From an uncultured Solirubrobacteraceae bacterium (GTDB lineage Bacteria; Actinomycetota; Thermoleophilia; Solirubrobacterales; Solirubrobacteraceae), in the NCBI GenBank assembly GCA_964588985.1, contig CAZPQW010000002.1, positions 32,001 through 96,000 on the forward strand: 64,000 nt of DNA, read 5' to 3'. This document shows, in pieces, positions 29,079 through 39,268 of the stretch (positions within the stretch are counted from its first letter, which is position 1; each line of letters begins with the position of its first letter). The notes beneath the pieces were generated by a model, which was not told the DNA's origin, did not search any database, and saw only the letters and a program-made list of their open reading frames with translations. A program made the translations under genes and the position numbers.

Positions 29079-30299
29079 ATGACCTACATCCCTCCGCAGG
29101 AGATCCTCGAGCGCTACGCATCCGTCCTCGTCAACTTCGCCCTCGGCGGAGGCGAGGGGGTCAAACCCGGCGAGGTCGTCAGAGTCGTAGCGCCCGAGAG
29201 CGCGAAGCCCCTCTACGCAGAGCTGAACAAGGCGGTGTGGCGGGCGGGGGCGCACGTGATCGGCGGCTACCAGCCCGACGACGATGATCAAATAAATCTC
29301 TCTCGCGACTTCTTCGAGATCGCGAGTCCCGAGCAGCTCGACCACTTCTCCGCCCTCTACACGCGCGGTCTGGTCGACGAGATGGACCACCAGGTGTCGG
29401 TGATCGCGGAGAGCGACCCGCACGCCCTGGACTCGGTCGACCCGGCGAAGATCATGCGCAAGGGCGAGGCGATGCGCCCGCTGCTGGACTGGCGTGGGGA
29501 GAAGGAGAACGAGGGGCGCTTCTCTTGGACGCTCGGCCTCTACGGCACGCCCGCGATGGCCGCCGAGGCGAGGATGTCGGTGGAGGAGTACTGGGAGCAG
29601 ATCGTGCACGCGTGCTACCTAGACGAGGAGGATCCGCTCACGCGCTGGCGCGAGGTGGGGCAGCGCCTGGACGAGACGCGCGAGCGCCTCGACGCGCTCG
29701 ACATCGCCCGCGTGCACATAGTGGGCGAGGACGCCGACCTGTGGGTCAGCCTCGGCGAGCAGCGGCGCTGGCTCGGCGGACGCGGTCGCAACATCCCCAG
29801 CTTCGAGATCTTCACCAGCCCCGACTGGCGCGGCACGGAGGGCTGGATCTACTGCAACCAGCCGCTCTACCGCTACGGCAACCTCGTCAAGGGCGTGCGC
29901 CTGACGTTCGTCGACGGGCGCGTGACCGACGCGAAAGCGGAGGAGAACGAGCGCGTGCTGACCGAGATGATCGCCACCGAGGGCGCGGACCGCATCGGCG
30001 AGTTCTCGCTCACCGACAGACGCCTCTCGCGGATCACGCGCTTCATGGCCCACACGCTGTACGACGAGAACGCGGGCGGCGAGTTCGGCAACACGCACAT
30101 CGCCGTCGGGCGCTCCTACCAGGACGCCTACGACGGCGACCCCAGCGAGGTGAGCAGGGAGCGCTGGGAGGAGCTCGGCTTCAACAACTCGAGCGTCCAC
30201 ACCGACATCGTCTCCACGACCGACCGCACGGTCACAGCTGTGCTGCGGGACGGCAGCGAACGCGTGATCTACCGCGGCGGCGAATTCCAGCTCGACTAG
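29079..30299 (+). CDS. Aminopeptidase, M29 (AmpS/aminopeptidase T) family
   Basis: NIPSFEIFTSP, GEFSLTD, TLYDEN.GG, HIA.G, SSVHTD. Confidence 0.9.
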   Translation: MTYIPPQEILERYASVLVNFALGGGEGVKPGEVVRVVAPESAKPLYAELNKAVWRAGAHVIGGYQPDDDDQINLSRDFFEIASPEQLDHFSALYTRGLVDEMDHQVSVIAESDPHALDSVDPAKIMRKGEAMRPLLDWRGEKENEGRFSWTLGLYGTPAMAAEARMSVEEYWEQIVHACYLDEEDPLTRWREVGQRLDETRERLDALDIARVHIVGEDADLWVSLGEQRRWLGGRGRNIPSFEIFTSPDWRGTEGWIYCNQPLYRYGNLVKGVRLTFVDGRVTDAKAEENERVLTEMIATEGADRIGEFSLTDRRLSRITRFMAHTLYDENAGGEFGNTHIAVGRSYQDAYDGDPSEVSRERWEELGFNNSSVHTDIVSTTDRTVTAVLRDGSERVIYRGGEFQLD

Positions 30300-30325
30300 C
30301 CGCGCGCGCGTCCATCAGCCAGAGA

Positions 30326-31174
30326 ATGTCCGACTCCACCGCAGAGGAGATCGAGGTCGTCGACCTCATGCACCTGGGTCACCCGCAGGTGATCGGCACG
30401 TGGCGCGTCGGCGACGTGGTCATAGACCCGGGGCCGAGCTCGTGTCTCGCGCAGCTGCTTCCCGTCCTCGAACGCCACCCGCCGCGCGTGATCGTGCTGA
30501 CGCACATCCACCTAGACCACGCCGGAGCGACCGGCACGCTGCTGCGCCGCTTCCCCGACGCGGAGGTGTGGGTGCACGAGATCGGCGCCCGCCACCTCGC
30601 CGACCCCTCGCGCCTGCTCGCGAGCGCCACCCGCCTCTACGGCGAGCACATGGACCTTTTGTGGGGCGAGGTCGCTCCGGTTCCGGCGGAGCGGATCAGG
30701 GAGCTGCGCGGTGGAGAGACCGTCGGCGCGTTCCGCGTCGCGTATACGCCCGGGCACGCCTCGCACCACGTCTCCTACCTGCACGAGCCGAGCGGGCGCG
30801 CGTTCACGGGCGACGTGGCCGGGGTTCGGATCGGCGACGGGCCGGTGTTCGCGCCGACGCCGCCGCCGGACATCGACCTCGAGGCGTGGCGCGACTCGAT
30901 CGAGCAGATCGAAGCGTGGCGGCCGCGGAGCCTCGCGTTCACCCACTTCGGCAGCTGCGACGACGTCGACAGCCACCTGGCCGCGCTGCGCGCCCGCCTC
31001 GACCAGCTCGAGACGATGGCGAGCAACCTCGACGAGGAGGGCTTCGCGGCGGCCGTGAGCGCCGAGTTGGCCGCTTCGAGCACTCCGGAGACGGCCGCGA
31101 CATACACACAGGCGATGCCTCCCGAACAGAGCTTCCACGGGCTCGCTCGATACATGCGGGGGCGCGAAGCGTGA
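30326..31174 (+). CDS. MBL-fold metallo-hydrolase
   Basis: THIHLDHAG, TPGHASHH, GDVAG, THFG. Confidence 0.9.
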   Translation: MSDSTAEEIEVVDLMHLGHPQVIGTWRVGDVVIDPGPSSCLAQLLPVLERHPPRVIVLTHIHLDHAGATGTLLRRFPDAEVWVHEIGARHLADPSRLLASATRLYGEHMDLLWGEVAPVPAERIRELRGGETVGAFRVAYTPGHASHHVSYLHEPSGRAFTGDVAGVRIGDGPVFAPTPPPDIDLEAWRDSIEQIEAWRPRSLAFTHFGSCDDVDSHLAALRARLDQLETMASNLDEEGFAAAVSAELAASSTPETAATYTQAMPPEQSFHGLARYMRGREA

Positions 31175-31187
31175 GATAGTTCGCAGT

Positions 31188-32342
31188 GTGCACTCTGGGG
31201 AGGGGACGCACGCGGGCCAGGCGGTGCTGGTTCTCGGCGAGGCGGGAGGTCTGGGGGCGGCGCTCGTGCGCAAGCTCGAGCAGCAGGGCGTCCCCGTGCG
31301 CGCGGCGCTGTCGCTGAGCGACAGCCAGACCGCCGAGATCCTGAAGCAGGAGAGCTGGAGCTCGGTTGCGGTGGTCGCACGCGATGACGTGCTCGCGCTG
31401 CGCCTCACGCTGCTGAGCGCTCACCTGCGCCCCGACCTGCCGCTGTGGGTGACGATGTTCGACCGCACGATCACCCGCGAGTTGCAGCACGTGGCGCCCG
31501 CCGTGCACGTGATCTCGCCCTCTGAACTGGTGGCCTCCGATCTGGCCGAGCACTGCATCGCGGTCGCGGGCGAGGCCGCTACGCACAGGCGCAACGGCAC
31601 GCGGCTGGTTGACGACGCGCTGCGGCTGCTCGCGATCGCCGGCTGCGGCCTGCTCGCGACGCTCGTCTTCGAGGCGGTGCTGGCGATGGCGGCGCTGCAC
31701 GAGAACGTGGTCGACGCGCTCTACTACAGCACCCGTTCGGTCGCGACCGTCGCCGGAACGCCCGGCGCCTCCTCCGGCTCCGCTCTATACAAGGCGCTGT
31801 CCGCCGCGGACACGCTCGTCGCGCTGGTGCTCGTGGCGGTGTTCACCGCCGCGCTCGTGCGCCGCCTCAGCCGCCCGCGCCTCACCACGCTCGTCGGCCC
31901 GCGCGCCGCTCCCGCCCGCGGGCACGTGCTGCTCGTGGGCTTCGGGCAGGTCGGCTTCCGCCTCGCGCAGGAGCTGCGCCGCCGCGGCTTCGCTGTGCTC
32001 GGCGTGGAGAGCGACCCCGACGCGCCATGCGTGCGGCTCGCGCTCGGCGCCGGCATCCCGGTGGCGATCGGCCGTGGAGACGATCGTGCGACGCTCGAAC
32101 GGCTCGGCATCCGTCGCTGCGCGGCGGTCGCCGCGGTCACCTCGACCGATCTCGTCAACGTAGCCGTCGGCCTCGCCGCGAGCGATCTCGCGCCGGGGAT
32201 CCCGCTCGTGCTGCGCCTCGGCGACGGAGAGGTCGCCGCGGAGACCGACTCGCTGCTTCACCTCGGGCGCATCTGCGACGCCCACAAGATCGCCGCCGAG
32301 ACGCTCGCGCAGGGGCTCGCGAGCCTCGGCTCAGACGGCTAG
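31188..32342 (+). CDS. TrkA/RCK-domain protein with 2-TM ion-channel-like core
   Basis: N-terminal RCK-like region, TM-DALYY..TVA-TM segment, HVLLVGFGQVGFR NAD-binding motif, DLVN. Confidence 0.75.
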   Translation: MHSGEGTHAGQAVLVLGEAGGLGAALVRKLEQQGVPVRAALSLSDSQTAEILKQESWSSVAVVARDDVLALRLTLLSAHLRPDLPLWVTMFDRTITRELQHVAPAVHVISPSELVASDLAEHCIAVAGEAATHRRNGTRLVDDALRLLAIAGCGLLATLVFEAVLAMAALHENVVDALYYSTRSVATVAGTPGASSGSALYKALSAADTLVALVLVAVFTAALVRRLSRPRLTTLVGPRAAPARGHVLLVGFGQVGFRLAQELRRRGFAVLGVESDPDAPCVRLALGAGIPVAIGRGDDRATLERLGIRRCAAVAAVTSTDLVNVAVGLAASDLAPGIPLVLRLGDGEVAAETDSLLHLGRICDAHKIAAETLAQGLASLGSDG

Positions 32343-33824
32343 CGGCTCGGCCTGCCTGGGCGCTGGCTGGGCGCGCGAGAAGATCATCGCGCCGTCCTCC
32401 AGCTCGCCGCGCTTGAGGCCGACGATGTCGAGCATGTAGTTCTGGTGCAGCCGCCACGGCGCCTTCGCTCCCTGCCGGGGGAACCTGTCGATCGAGCGCA
32501 GCACGTAGCCGGAGGCGAGGTCGATGAACGGCTGGTCGTCCGGCTGCGGCTCGCGCGCCTGCGGCATGCACTGCCGGTAGCCGTGTGCGTCCATGTGGTT
32601 GAGCAGGCGGCACACGTACTCGCACACGAGATCGCACTTGAGCGTCCACGAGGCGTTGGTGTAGCCCGACGTGAGCGCGAAGTTCGGCACGCCGCTGAGC
32701 ATCATGCCCTTGTAGCCGGTGGTCTCGGAGATGGCCACGTCGCGGCCGTCGACCGCGAGTTCCATGCCGCCGAGCGCGAGCAGGTCGAGCCCCGTGGCGG
32801 TGACGACCACGTCGGCGTCGAGCTGCTTCCCCGAGGCTAGCCGGATGCCGGTCTCGTTGAACGTGTCGATGTGGTCGGTCTCGACCGACGCGCTGCCGTC
32901 GCCGAGCGCCCGGAACAGGTCGCCGTCGGGCACGAGGCACAGGCGCTGCGTCCACGGGTCGTAGCTCGGCTTGAAGTGCGTGTCGATGTCGTAGCCGGCG
33001 GGCAGCTGCCTTTCGAGTCCCTTGCGCAGGATCGCCTTCATCAGCTTCGGCCGGCGCTTTGAGAGCTGGACGCTGAGCATCGTCAGCAGCACGTTCTTCC
33101 AGCGCACGATCGGATACGCGATGCGCGCCGAGAGCTTGCTGCGCAGGAAGTTCGCGATCGCGTCTTCGCCGGGGCGAGACACGATGTAGGTGGGGGAGCG
33201 CTGAAGCATCGTCACGTGCGCCGCCGTCTTCGCCATCGCTGGCACGAGCGTCACCGCGGTCGCGCCGCTGCCGATGATCACCACGCGCTTGCCCGCGTAG
33301 TCCAGATCCTCGGGCCATTGCTGCGGATGCACGACCTGCCCGGAGAAGCGCTCGAGGCCCGGGAAGTCGGGCGTGTAGCCGCTCTCGTAGTTGTAGTAGC
33401 CCGTGCACACCAGCAGAAAGCCGCAGCTGATGCTCACCGTCTCCTGCGTGTCGGTGCGGGTCGCGTGCACCGTCCAGCGCGCGTCGGCGGTGGAGTACTC
33501 GGCGCGCTCGACGCGGTGGTTGAAGCGGATGTGTCTGTCGATGCCGCCCTCGGAGGAGGTGTCGCGGATGTAGGAGAGGATCGACGGGCCGTCGGCGATC
33601 GCCTTCGCCTCTGTCCACGGCCGGAACGAGTAGCCGAGCGTGTACATGTCGGAGTCCGAGCGGATCCCCGGGTAGCGGAACAGGTCCCACGTGCCGCCGA
33701 TGCGGTCGCGGCTCTCCAGCAGCGCATAGGTCTTGCCGTGACAGTTGCTCTGCAGGTGGTGCGCGGCGCCGATTCCGGACAGTCCGGCTCCGACGATCAG
33801 CACGTCGACGTGTTCGAGCGGCAA
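32331..33824 (-). CDS. Flavin-containing (Baeyer-Villiger, EthA-like) monooxygenase
   Basis: GAGLSG, GGTWDLFRYPGIRSDSDM, F.G.VVHPQQWP, GSGATA, GYTNASWTLK; TTG start after GGAG. Confidence 0.92.
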   Translation of the reverse strand: MPLEHVDVLIVGAGLSGIGAAHHLQSNCHGKTYALLESRDRIGGTWDLFRYPGIRSDSDMYTLGYSFRPWTEAKAIADGPSILSYIRDTSSEGGIDRHIRFNHRVERAEYSTADARWTVHATRTDTQETVSISCGFLLVCTGYYNYESGYTPDFPGLERFSGQVVHPQQWPEDLDYAGKRVVIIGSGATAVTLVPAMAKTAAHVTMLQRSPTYIVSRPGEDAIANFLRSKLSARIAYPIVRWKNVLLTMLSVQLSKRRPKLMKAILRKGLERQLPAGYDIDTHFKPSYDPWTQRLCLVPDGDLFRALGDGSASVETDHIDTFNETGIRLASGKQLDADVVVTATGLDLLALGGMELAVDGRDVAISETTGYKGMMLSGVPNFALTSGYTNASWTLKCDLVCEYVCRLLNHMDAHGYRQCMPQAREPQPDDQPFIDLASGYVLRSIDRFPRQGAKAPWRLHQNYMLDIVGLKRGELEDGAMIFSRAQPAPRQAEPLAV

Positions 33825-33925
33825 GTCAGCTTCTCCAGGGTTCTCGGGCGGGCAGGGCGTGGAGTGAGGCGGGGCGTTGCACGGAAGCTTAAGCGATGTT
33901 TCGCGCCCTCCTGCCGCGCGCGGCC

Positions 33926-34855
33926 TCAGGGGATGCGAGGCGGCGCTGCGAACAGTTCGTTCAGGCGGCCGCTGCGAGGGTCCGCCGCTCCACCCAGCAG
34001 CGGCAGGCCGAGTGCTTCCTCGACGCTCGCGAGCACTCCGTAGTGGTCGATCAGCCGACTCTCGCGAGCTCCGCGGCGCACCGTCGGGCCCGCGACGATC
34101 GTCGCGATGTGTCCTCCGTGCGCGGCCGAGCCGCAGCAGCCGCGGTCGGAGCTGCCCTCGTCCCACGTCAGGATCAGAAACCCGTGCGGGCCGAGCTCGC
34201 CCAGCAGCGCCGGGACGGTTCGGGCGAGGAAACGGTCGCCGCCCGCGACGCCGCAGTCGTGGCCGTCGTCGCACAGGTTCGGCGTGATCCACGCATACGT
34301 GGGGAGCGTGCCCGCGTTGAGGTCGGCGGCGAGAGCGTTGAAGTCCACGAGGTGGGCGCAGCGATGCGGCGAGCCGGCGACGTCGGTGTAGTAGGCGAAC
34401 GGGTTGTGCTTCTTGGCGTAGCCGCCCGCGCCCGCGCCGGGGAAGCACGTGCTCGGCTCGTCCTCCAGGTAGGCCTTCCACGAGATGCGAGCCGTTTCCA
34501 GCTGGTCCACGATGCCCGGCGCGCTGACCGAGCATTCCGTGCAGTCGGAGCTAACCCCGTGCGTGGCGCCGCTCGTCAGCGCGAGGTAGTTCGGCAGTGA
34601 CGGGTGGCTCACGGCGAAGCTCTGCGTCGCGAGGCCGTAGCGGTGGATGAGCGCGTTCGCGTACGGCGCTGCGCTGTTGCCGACGATGCTCGTGTCCTCC
34701 TCGTTCTCCATCACCATCACGATCACGTGGGAGGCGGTCGAACGGGGGAGGGTCGACGAGAGCGCGAGGGGCTTGCCCGCGGGGGCGGAGCCGCATCCGA
34801 GCGCTAGCAGTGCGATAGCGATCGCGGTTGCGCTCCCGGATAGGCTTCGCCGCAC
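33926..34855 (-). CDS. Phosphoesterase/acid phosphatase family lipoprotein
   Basis: Lipobox LALGC, MVMEN, HPSLPNY, YAKKHNP, PNLCDDGHD, TWDE, DHY. Confidence 0.88.
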   Translation of the reverse strand: MRRSLSGSATAIAIALLALGCGSAPAGKPLALSSTLPRSTASHVIVMVMENEEDTSIVGNSAAPYANALIHRYGLATQSFAVSHPSLPNYLALTSGATHGVSSDCTECSVSAPGIVDQLETARISWKAYLEDEPSTCFPGAGAGGYAKKHNPFAYYTDVAGSPHRCAHLVDFNALAADLNAGTLPTYAWITPNLCDDGHDCGVAGGDRFLARTVPALLGELGPHGFLILTWDEGSSDRGCCGSAAHGGHIATIVAGPTVRRGARESRLIDHYGVLASVEEALGLPLLGGAADPRSGRLNELFAAPPRIP

Positions 34856-34897
34856 GCGGGAATCATCGCATCGTGGGCGACTAACCTTCGCTGCGCG

Positions 34898-35203
34898 ATG
34901 CCGGACCCGTTTGGAGAACAGCCGACGCCGTGGTGGCGGAGCAGCGACTGGTGGAGGAAGCAGTTGTTGGGCTCGAAGAGCGTCGTGCCGACGCGCTACT
35001 CGCGGCCTTTGGCGGCCTTCAGCGCGATTGTCGGGGCCGTGGCCATAGGGGAACATCTGGATCCGACCGAAAGGATCGTCGTGGGCGCGATCGCGGCTGG
35101 CATCCCGTCGATCTTTCTCGAGCGATGGTGGAAGCAGCGGCGGCGGTACGAGTCGGAACGGCTGCTGATCTCGCCCGACGCAGGCGATCGTGAGCCTTCG
35201 TGA
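34898..35203 (+). CDS. Small membrane hypothetical protein
   Basis: Two hydrophobic segments; GTGA overlap with the GNAT gene. Confidence 0.55.
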   Translation: MPDPFGEQPTPWWRSSDWWRKQLLGSKSVVPTRYSRPLAAFSAIVGAVAIGEHLDPTERIVVGAIAAGIPSIFLERWWKQRRRYESERLLISPDAGDREPS

Positions 35204-35676
35204 ACAGCTCATCCGGGTCTCACACGATCGACCTCGTCACGCCCGCCGACCTCGACGCGCTGCTGCCGCTCGTGCGCGCGTACTGCGATTTCTACGAGAC
35301 CGCTCCCACCGACGAGGCGCTGCTCGATCTCTCCGGCGCGCTGATCGCCGATCCCGAGCGCGAGGGCGTCCAGCTGATCGCCCGCGACGGGGGCGCTCAG
35401 GCGGTCGGTTTCGCGACGGTGTTCTGGAGCTGGGACACCACGGAGGGCGGTCGCATCGGGATCATGAATGACCTGTACGTGGCGCCCGAGGCGCGCGGAT
35501 CGGGGCTCGCGGACAGTCTGATCGCGGAGTGCGTCGAGCGCTGCAGGACGCGCGGCGCGTCGCGCCTGGAATGGCTGACGGGACCGGAGAACGTGAGAGC
35601 CCAGGCTGTCTACGACCGCGTGCGGGGTGAGCGGGAACCGTGGTTCGTATACACGCTCGCGGTGCCGCCCGCCTGA
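35200..35676 (+). CDS. GNAT-family N-acetyltransferase
   Basis: DLYVAPEARGSGLA acetyl-CoA motif, N.RAQAVYD. Confidence 0.9.
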   Translation: MNSSSGSHTIDLVTPADLDALLPLVRAYCDFYETAPTDEALLDLSGALIADPEREGVQLIARDGGAQAVGFATVFWSWDTTEGGRIGIMNDLYVAPEARGSGLADSLIAECVERCRTRGASRLEWLTGPENVRAQAVYDRVRGEREPWFVYTLAVPPA

Positions 35677-35683
35677 GGCTCGC

Positions 35684-36559
35684 TCACGCCCGCGCGCTCG
35701 CCTGCGGATCCAGGCGCGACATCGTCACGGACGCGTTCAGCTCGGACTCGGCGCCGCCCATGTAGAGCCCCTTGACCGGGGGGACGTCGGAGTAGAAGCG
35801 CCCGTGGCCGATCTTCACGTGCGTCTCGCCCGCGAGGCGGCGGTTGGTGGGGTCGGCGCTGACCCACACCGGCTCGCCGTGTCCGTCGCTGCACGGAAGC
35901 AGCGCCTCGAGCCACGCGTGCGTGTCCACCTCGACGGAGTCCGTGCCCTCGTCCTCGGGCGCCGACCACAGGTAGCCGGAGACGTAGCGCGCGGCGATGC
36001 CCCGGCGACGCAGGAGCACGAGTGAGAGGTGGACGAAGTCCTGGCAGACGCCCGCGCTCGCTTCGAGCAGGTCTTCGACGGTGGAGCCCACGTACGTGGC
36101 GCCGGGCCGGTATTCGAAGCGGTTGGGGATCATCTCGCAGAGGTGTTCGAGCGTCTCCAGCGGGCTGTCCTGCGCGAGCTCGTCGTGCATGAAGTCGAGC
36201 CCGCGAATCGCCGGCTGGTCCTGCCAAGGCAGTGCGAACTCGCCCGCGGCGTCGATGTAGGAGGAGCTTTGCAGGCTCTCCCACGAGCCGTCCGGCGGCT
36301 CGGGTGGGGAGGAGGTGACGACGCGCGCGCGCACGTCGATCGTGAGATGGTCGTGGCTGGTTGGGATGCCGAACTCGAGCACCTCGGTGCCGAAGTAGTC
36401 GAGGTGGCGGCTCACGCGCGCCTCGGGCTCGATGCGCGTGTGGAACTCGTCGCAGCGCTGCGTCGAGGTCGTGGCGGGGCGCACTCGCAGCGCGTTGAGG
36501 TTGTCGGTGACGGGGCCGTCGTAGCGGTACTCGGTTAGGAAGCGGATCGCGAAGTGCAT
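35684..36559 (-). CDS. Transglutaminase-like protein
   Basis: GVCQDFVH catalytic Cys, ARYVSGYL, HAW.E, DPTN, G.GR.YSDVPP. Confidence 0.93.
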   Translation of the reverse strand: MHFAIRFLTEYRYDGPVTDNLNALRVRPATTSTQRCDEFHTRIEPEARVSRHLDYFGTEVLEFGIPTSHDHLTIDVRARVVTSSPPEPPDGSWESLQSSSYIDAAGEFALPWQDQPAIRGLDFMHDELAQDSPLETLEHLCEMIPNRFEYRPGATYVGSTVEDLLEASAGVCQDFVHLSLVLLRRRGIAARYVSGYLWSAPEDEGTDSVEVDTHAWLEALLPCSDGHGEPVWVSADPTNRRLAGETHVKIGHGRFYSDVPPVKGLYMGGAESELNASVTMSRLDPQASARA

Positions 36560-36566
36560 CGGGCGC

Positions 36567-37502
36567 TCACCTCCTCAGCCCGGCCGCCGCGGCGCCCGCG
36601 AAGTAGCGCTCGGCGACGTCTTGGTCGATCCGTGCGAGCTCCTGCTGTGTGCCTTCGCATATTCCCGTCAACTCGGCTCCGTCCGGTAGCGCCCTGCGCT
36701 GGAAGTCTAGGTCCGCCGCCAGCCGACTCACCCGAAGGACGGGCTTGGAGTTGCGCGGCCCCGCGTCGGCGGCGGTGAACACCTCGTGCAGGGAGTCCAC
36801 GCACGCGGCGACGCTGTCGGGGTACCCACGCTCGAACAACAGGAAACGCGCAACCGGGTGCGCGTTCGGCGGCGAGGTGACCGCGCGCAGGTAGGCGTGA
36901 AAGCCGCCTACCGCCTGCAGCAGGATCAGTGCGTGTCCGTCCGCGGCGGCGGCGTCGGCTGACGGCAGCGCGACGCGCAGCATCCGCAGCACCATGTCAG
37001 AGACCTCGATCAGCCCGCCCGCGTCGAGGAAGCACTTGGCCTCGTCGCGCAGCATCGAGCGGTTGGAGACCCCCCAGATCAACGCGGTGCGCTCCTTGAC
37101 GTACTGCGAGGCGAGATACGGTCCCGCGGGCGCCGCCCAGCCTGGTTGACCGCCGCCGCGCAGCCCGAGCGCGGTCGTGTTGATCGCCTCCCACATCTCC
37201 GCGCTGATCACGTCGCGGACCGTGCGGGCGCCCTCGCGCGCGCGCTCGATGCTCGCGAGCATCGACCCGGGACGGTCGGCGTCGAGCGTCAGCTGCCCGA
37301 GCGCCTGGCTCGAGCGCTCGCTTTCGTCGACGTCGCCGAACATCGCCAGCAGGCCGCCCGAGCCGAAGCTCACCCCCGGCTTCGTGTCGGACGCCCCCTG
37401 CAGCTCGGCCTGGAAGACCGCCTCGACCGCGCGCGCGGTGAACTCGGCGCGCGCGAGGTTGCGGCCCAGCCAATACAGCTCGTGCGCGATCCGCGCGAGC
37501 AT
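36567..37502 (-). CDS. Alpha-E domain protein
   Basis: MLARIA..LYWLGR...RAE..AR, ARE.AR.VR..IS.E.WE.IN. Confidence 0.92.
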   Translation of the reverse strand: MLARIAHELYWLGRNLARAEFTARAVEAVFQAELQGASDTKPGVSFGSGGLLAMFGDVDESERSSQALGQLTLDADRPGSMLASIERAREGARTVRDVISAEMWEAINTTALGLRGGGQPGWAAPAGPYLASQYVKERTALIWGVSNRSMLRDEAKCFLDAGGLIEVSDMVLRMLRVALPSADAAAADGHALILLQAVGGFHAYLRAVTSPPNAHPVARFLLFERGYPDSVAACVDSLHEVFTAADAGPRNSKPVLRVSRLAADLDFQRRALPDGAELTGICEGTQQELARIDQDVAERYFAGAAAAGLRR

Positions 37503-39145
37503 CAGCCGGCGGCCCGCGGAGCCGGTTGCTCCTGTTGCTGCTGGTGGTGTTCCTGTTGTTGCTGTTGCTGCTGGCCTGTCCACGCGCCGTAGCGCAGGTC
37601 GGGCAGCGCGGGCGGCTGCGTGTCGGCGATCGGCGGGCCGGCGCGGTCCGCGTCGTCGCCGTCCTCCAGCACCCACGTGTCCTTCGAGCCGCCGCCGCGC
37701 GAGGAGTTGACGATCAGCGAGCCCTCCTCCAGCGCGACCCTCGTGAGCCCGCCCGGAACGATGTCAATCCGCTCGCCGAAGACCGCGAACGGGCGCAGGT
37801 CCACGTGGCGGGGCTGAAGCACGCCATGCTCGCCGACCGTGGGGACCGTCGAGAGCCGCACCACGTCCTGCGCGATCCACCGTTCGGGGTGGGCGATGAC
37901 CGTCTCGCGCATCCGCTCGATCTCCTCCTCCTCGGCGTGCGGGCCGATCATCACGCCGCGGCCGCCCGACTCGCCCGTGGGCTTGACCACCAGCTGGTCG
38001 AGGCGCGCGAGCACATGCTCGAGCTGCTCGGGATCGGAGAGCAGGTAGGTCCTGACGTTCTCGAGGATCGGCTCCTCGCCGAGGTAGAAGCGGATCATGT
38101 CCGGCACGAAGCAGTAGATCGCCTTGTCGTCGGCCACGCCCGTGCCGAACGCGTTCGCGATCGCGACGCTGCCCGCGCGATAGGCGCGCACCAGTCCCGG
38201 CACGCCCAGCAGCGAGTCCGGGCGGAACTCGAGCGGGTCGACGAAGTCGTCGTCCAGGCGCCGGTAGACCGCGTGCGCGCGCTCCAGGCCGCGGGTTGTG
38301 CGCATGTAGAGGACGTCGTCGCGGACGACCAGGTCGGAGGCCTCGACCAGCTCGACGCCCATCTGGCGCGCGAGGAACGCGTGCTCGAAGTAGGCCGGGT
38401 TCGCTGGGCCGGGCGTCCACACAACGACCGTCGCCTCGCTCTCGGCCGACGGCGCCACCGAGCGCAGCGCGCTCAGCAGCAGCTGCGGGTAGTGGTCGAC
38501 GGGGCGCACGCGGTAGGAGGCGAACAGCTCGGGCACGAGGCGCGCCATCGCCGCGCGGTTCTCGAGCACGTAGGAGATCCCCGAGGGGATGCGCACGTTG
38601 TCCTCGATCACCTTCCACGTGCCGTCGGAGTGGCGCACGAGATCGCAGCCCGCCACGTGCGTGTACACCCCGCCTGGCGGGCGGATGCCGTGCACGGCGC
38701 GCGCGAAGTGCGAGCAGGACGCGACGAGCCGCCACGGCACGATCCCCTCGCGCACGATCTCGCGCGCGTGGTAGACGTCGTCAACGAAGTGGTTCAGCGC
38801 GCGGATGCGCTGCGCGAGGCCGCGCTTGATGTCTCGCCATTCCTGGCCGCTCAGCACGCGGGGCACCAGGTCGAGCGGGAACGGCCGTTCGTGCGACGAG
38901 CCGCCGCCTCCGCTGGTCTCGAACGTGATCCCCTGCTGCATGAAGATCGCGTCGCGGCGCCTGCCGGCCTCGATCATCCCCTCCGGCCCGAGCAGCCTGA
39001 GCTGCTCCACCAGCGCGCTCGCGGCGGGCCTCGGCGTGCCGTCGAGCTCGAACAGCTCGTCGAGGAACGGCGCCTGCGGACGGTACTCGCTGGCAGGCGT
39101 GACGGCCCCTGCGTCCTCGGCGGGTGTCTGGGTATGAGATATCAC
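37502..39145 (-). CDS. Circularly permuted type 2 ATP-grasp protein
   Basis: PLDLVPR, EDN.R.PSG.SY.LENR, YRR.DDDF.DP, GVADDK, RHVDLRPF, NSS.GGGSKDTWVL; Gln-rich tail. Confidence 0.95.
   Translation of the reverse strand: MISHTQTPAEDAGAVTPASEYRPQAPFLDELFELDGTPRPAASALVEQLRLLGPEGMIEAGRRRDAIFMQQGITFETSGGGGSSHERPFPLDLVPRVLSGQEWRDIKRGLAQRIRALNHFVDDVYHAREIVREGIVPWRLVASCSHFARAVHGIRPPGGVYTHVAGCDLVRHSDGTWKVIEDNVRIPSGISYVLENRAAMARLVPELFASYRVRPVDHYPQLLLSALRSVAPSAESEATVVVWTPGPANPAYFEHAFLARQMGVELVEASDLVVRDDVLYMRTTRGLERAHAVYRRLDDDFVDPLEFRPDSLLGVPGLVRAYRAGSVAIANAFGTGVADDKAIYCFVPDMIRFYLGEEPILENVRTYLLSDPEQLEHVLARLDQLVVKPTGESGGRGVMIGPHAEEEEIERMRETVIAHPERWIAQDVVRLSTVPTVGEHGVLQPRHVDLRPFAVFGERIDIVPGGLTRVALEEGSLIVNSSRGGGSKDTWVLEDGDDADRAGPPIADTQPPALPDLRYGAWTGQQQQQQQEHHQQQQEQPAPRAAG
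37526..37573 (-). repeat. CAG/CAA poly-glutamine coding tract
   Basis: Encodes QQQQQQQEHHQQQQEQ near the C-terminus of the ATP-grasp protein. Confidence 0.85.
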
Positions 39146-39268
39146 CGCAAGATGTTCCCGCTGCGGGCCCCTTTCAACCATCGACGGTTGGAGAAACCGA
39201 GGCGCCCCCGGCTGCTCAGCTGTCGCAACCGCCCGGCGGCGGCCGCCAGGAGCACGGAGTGGGCCCGT

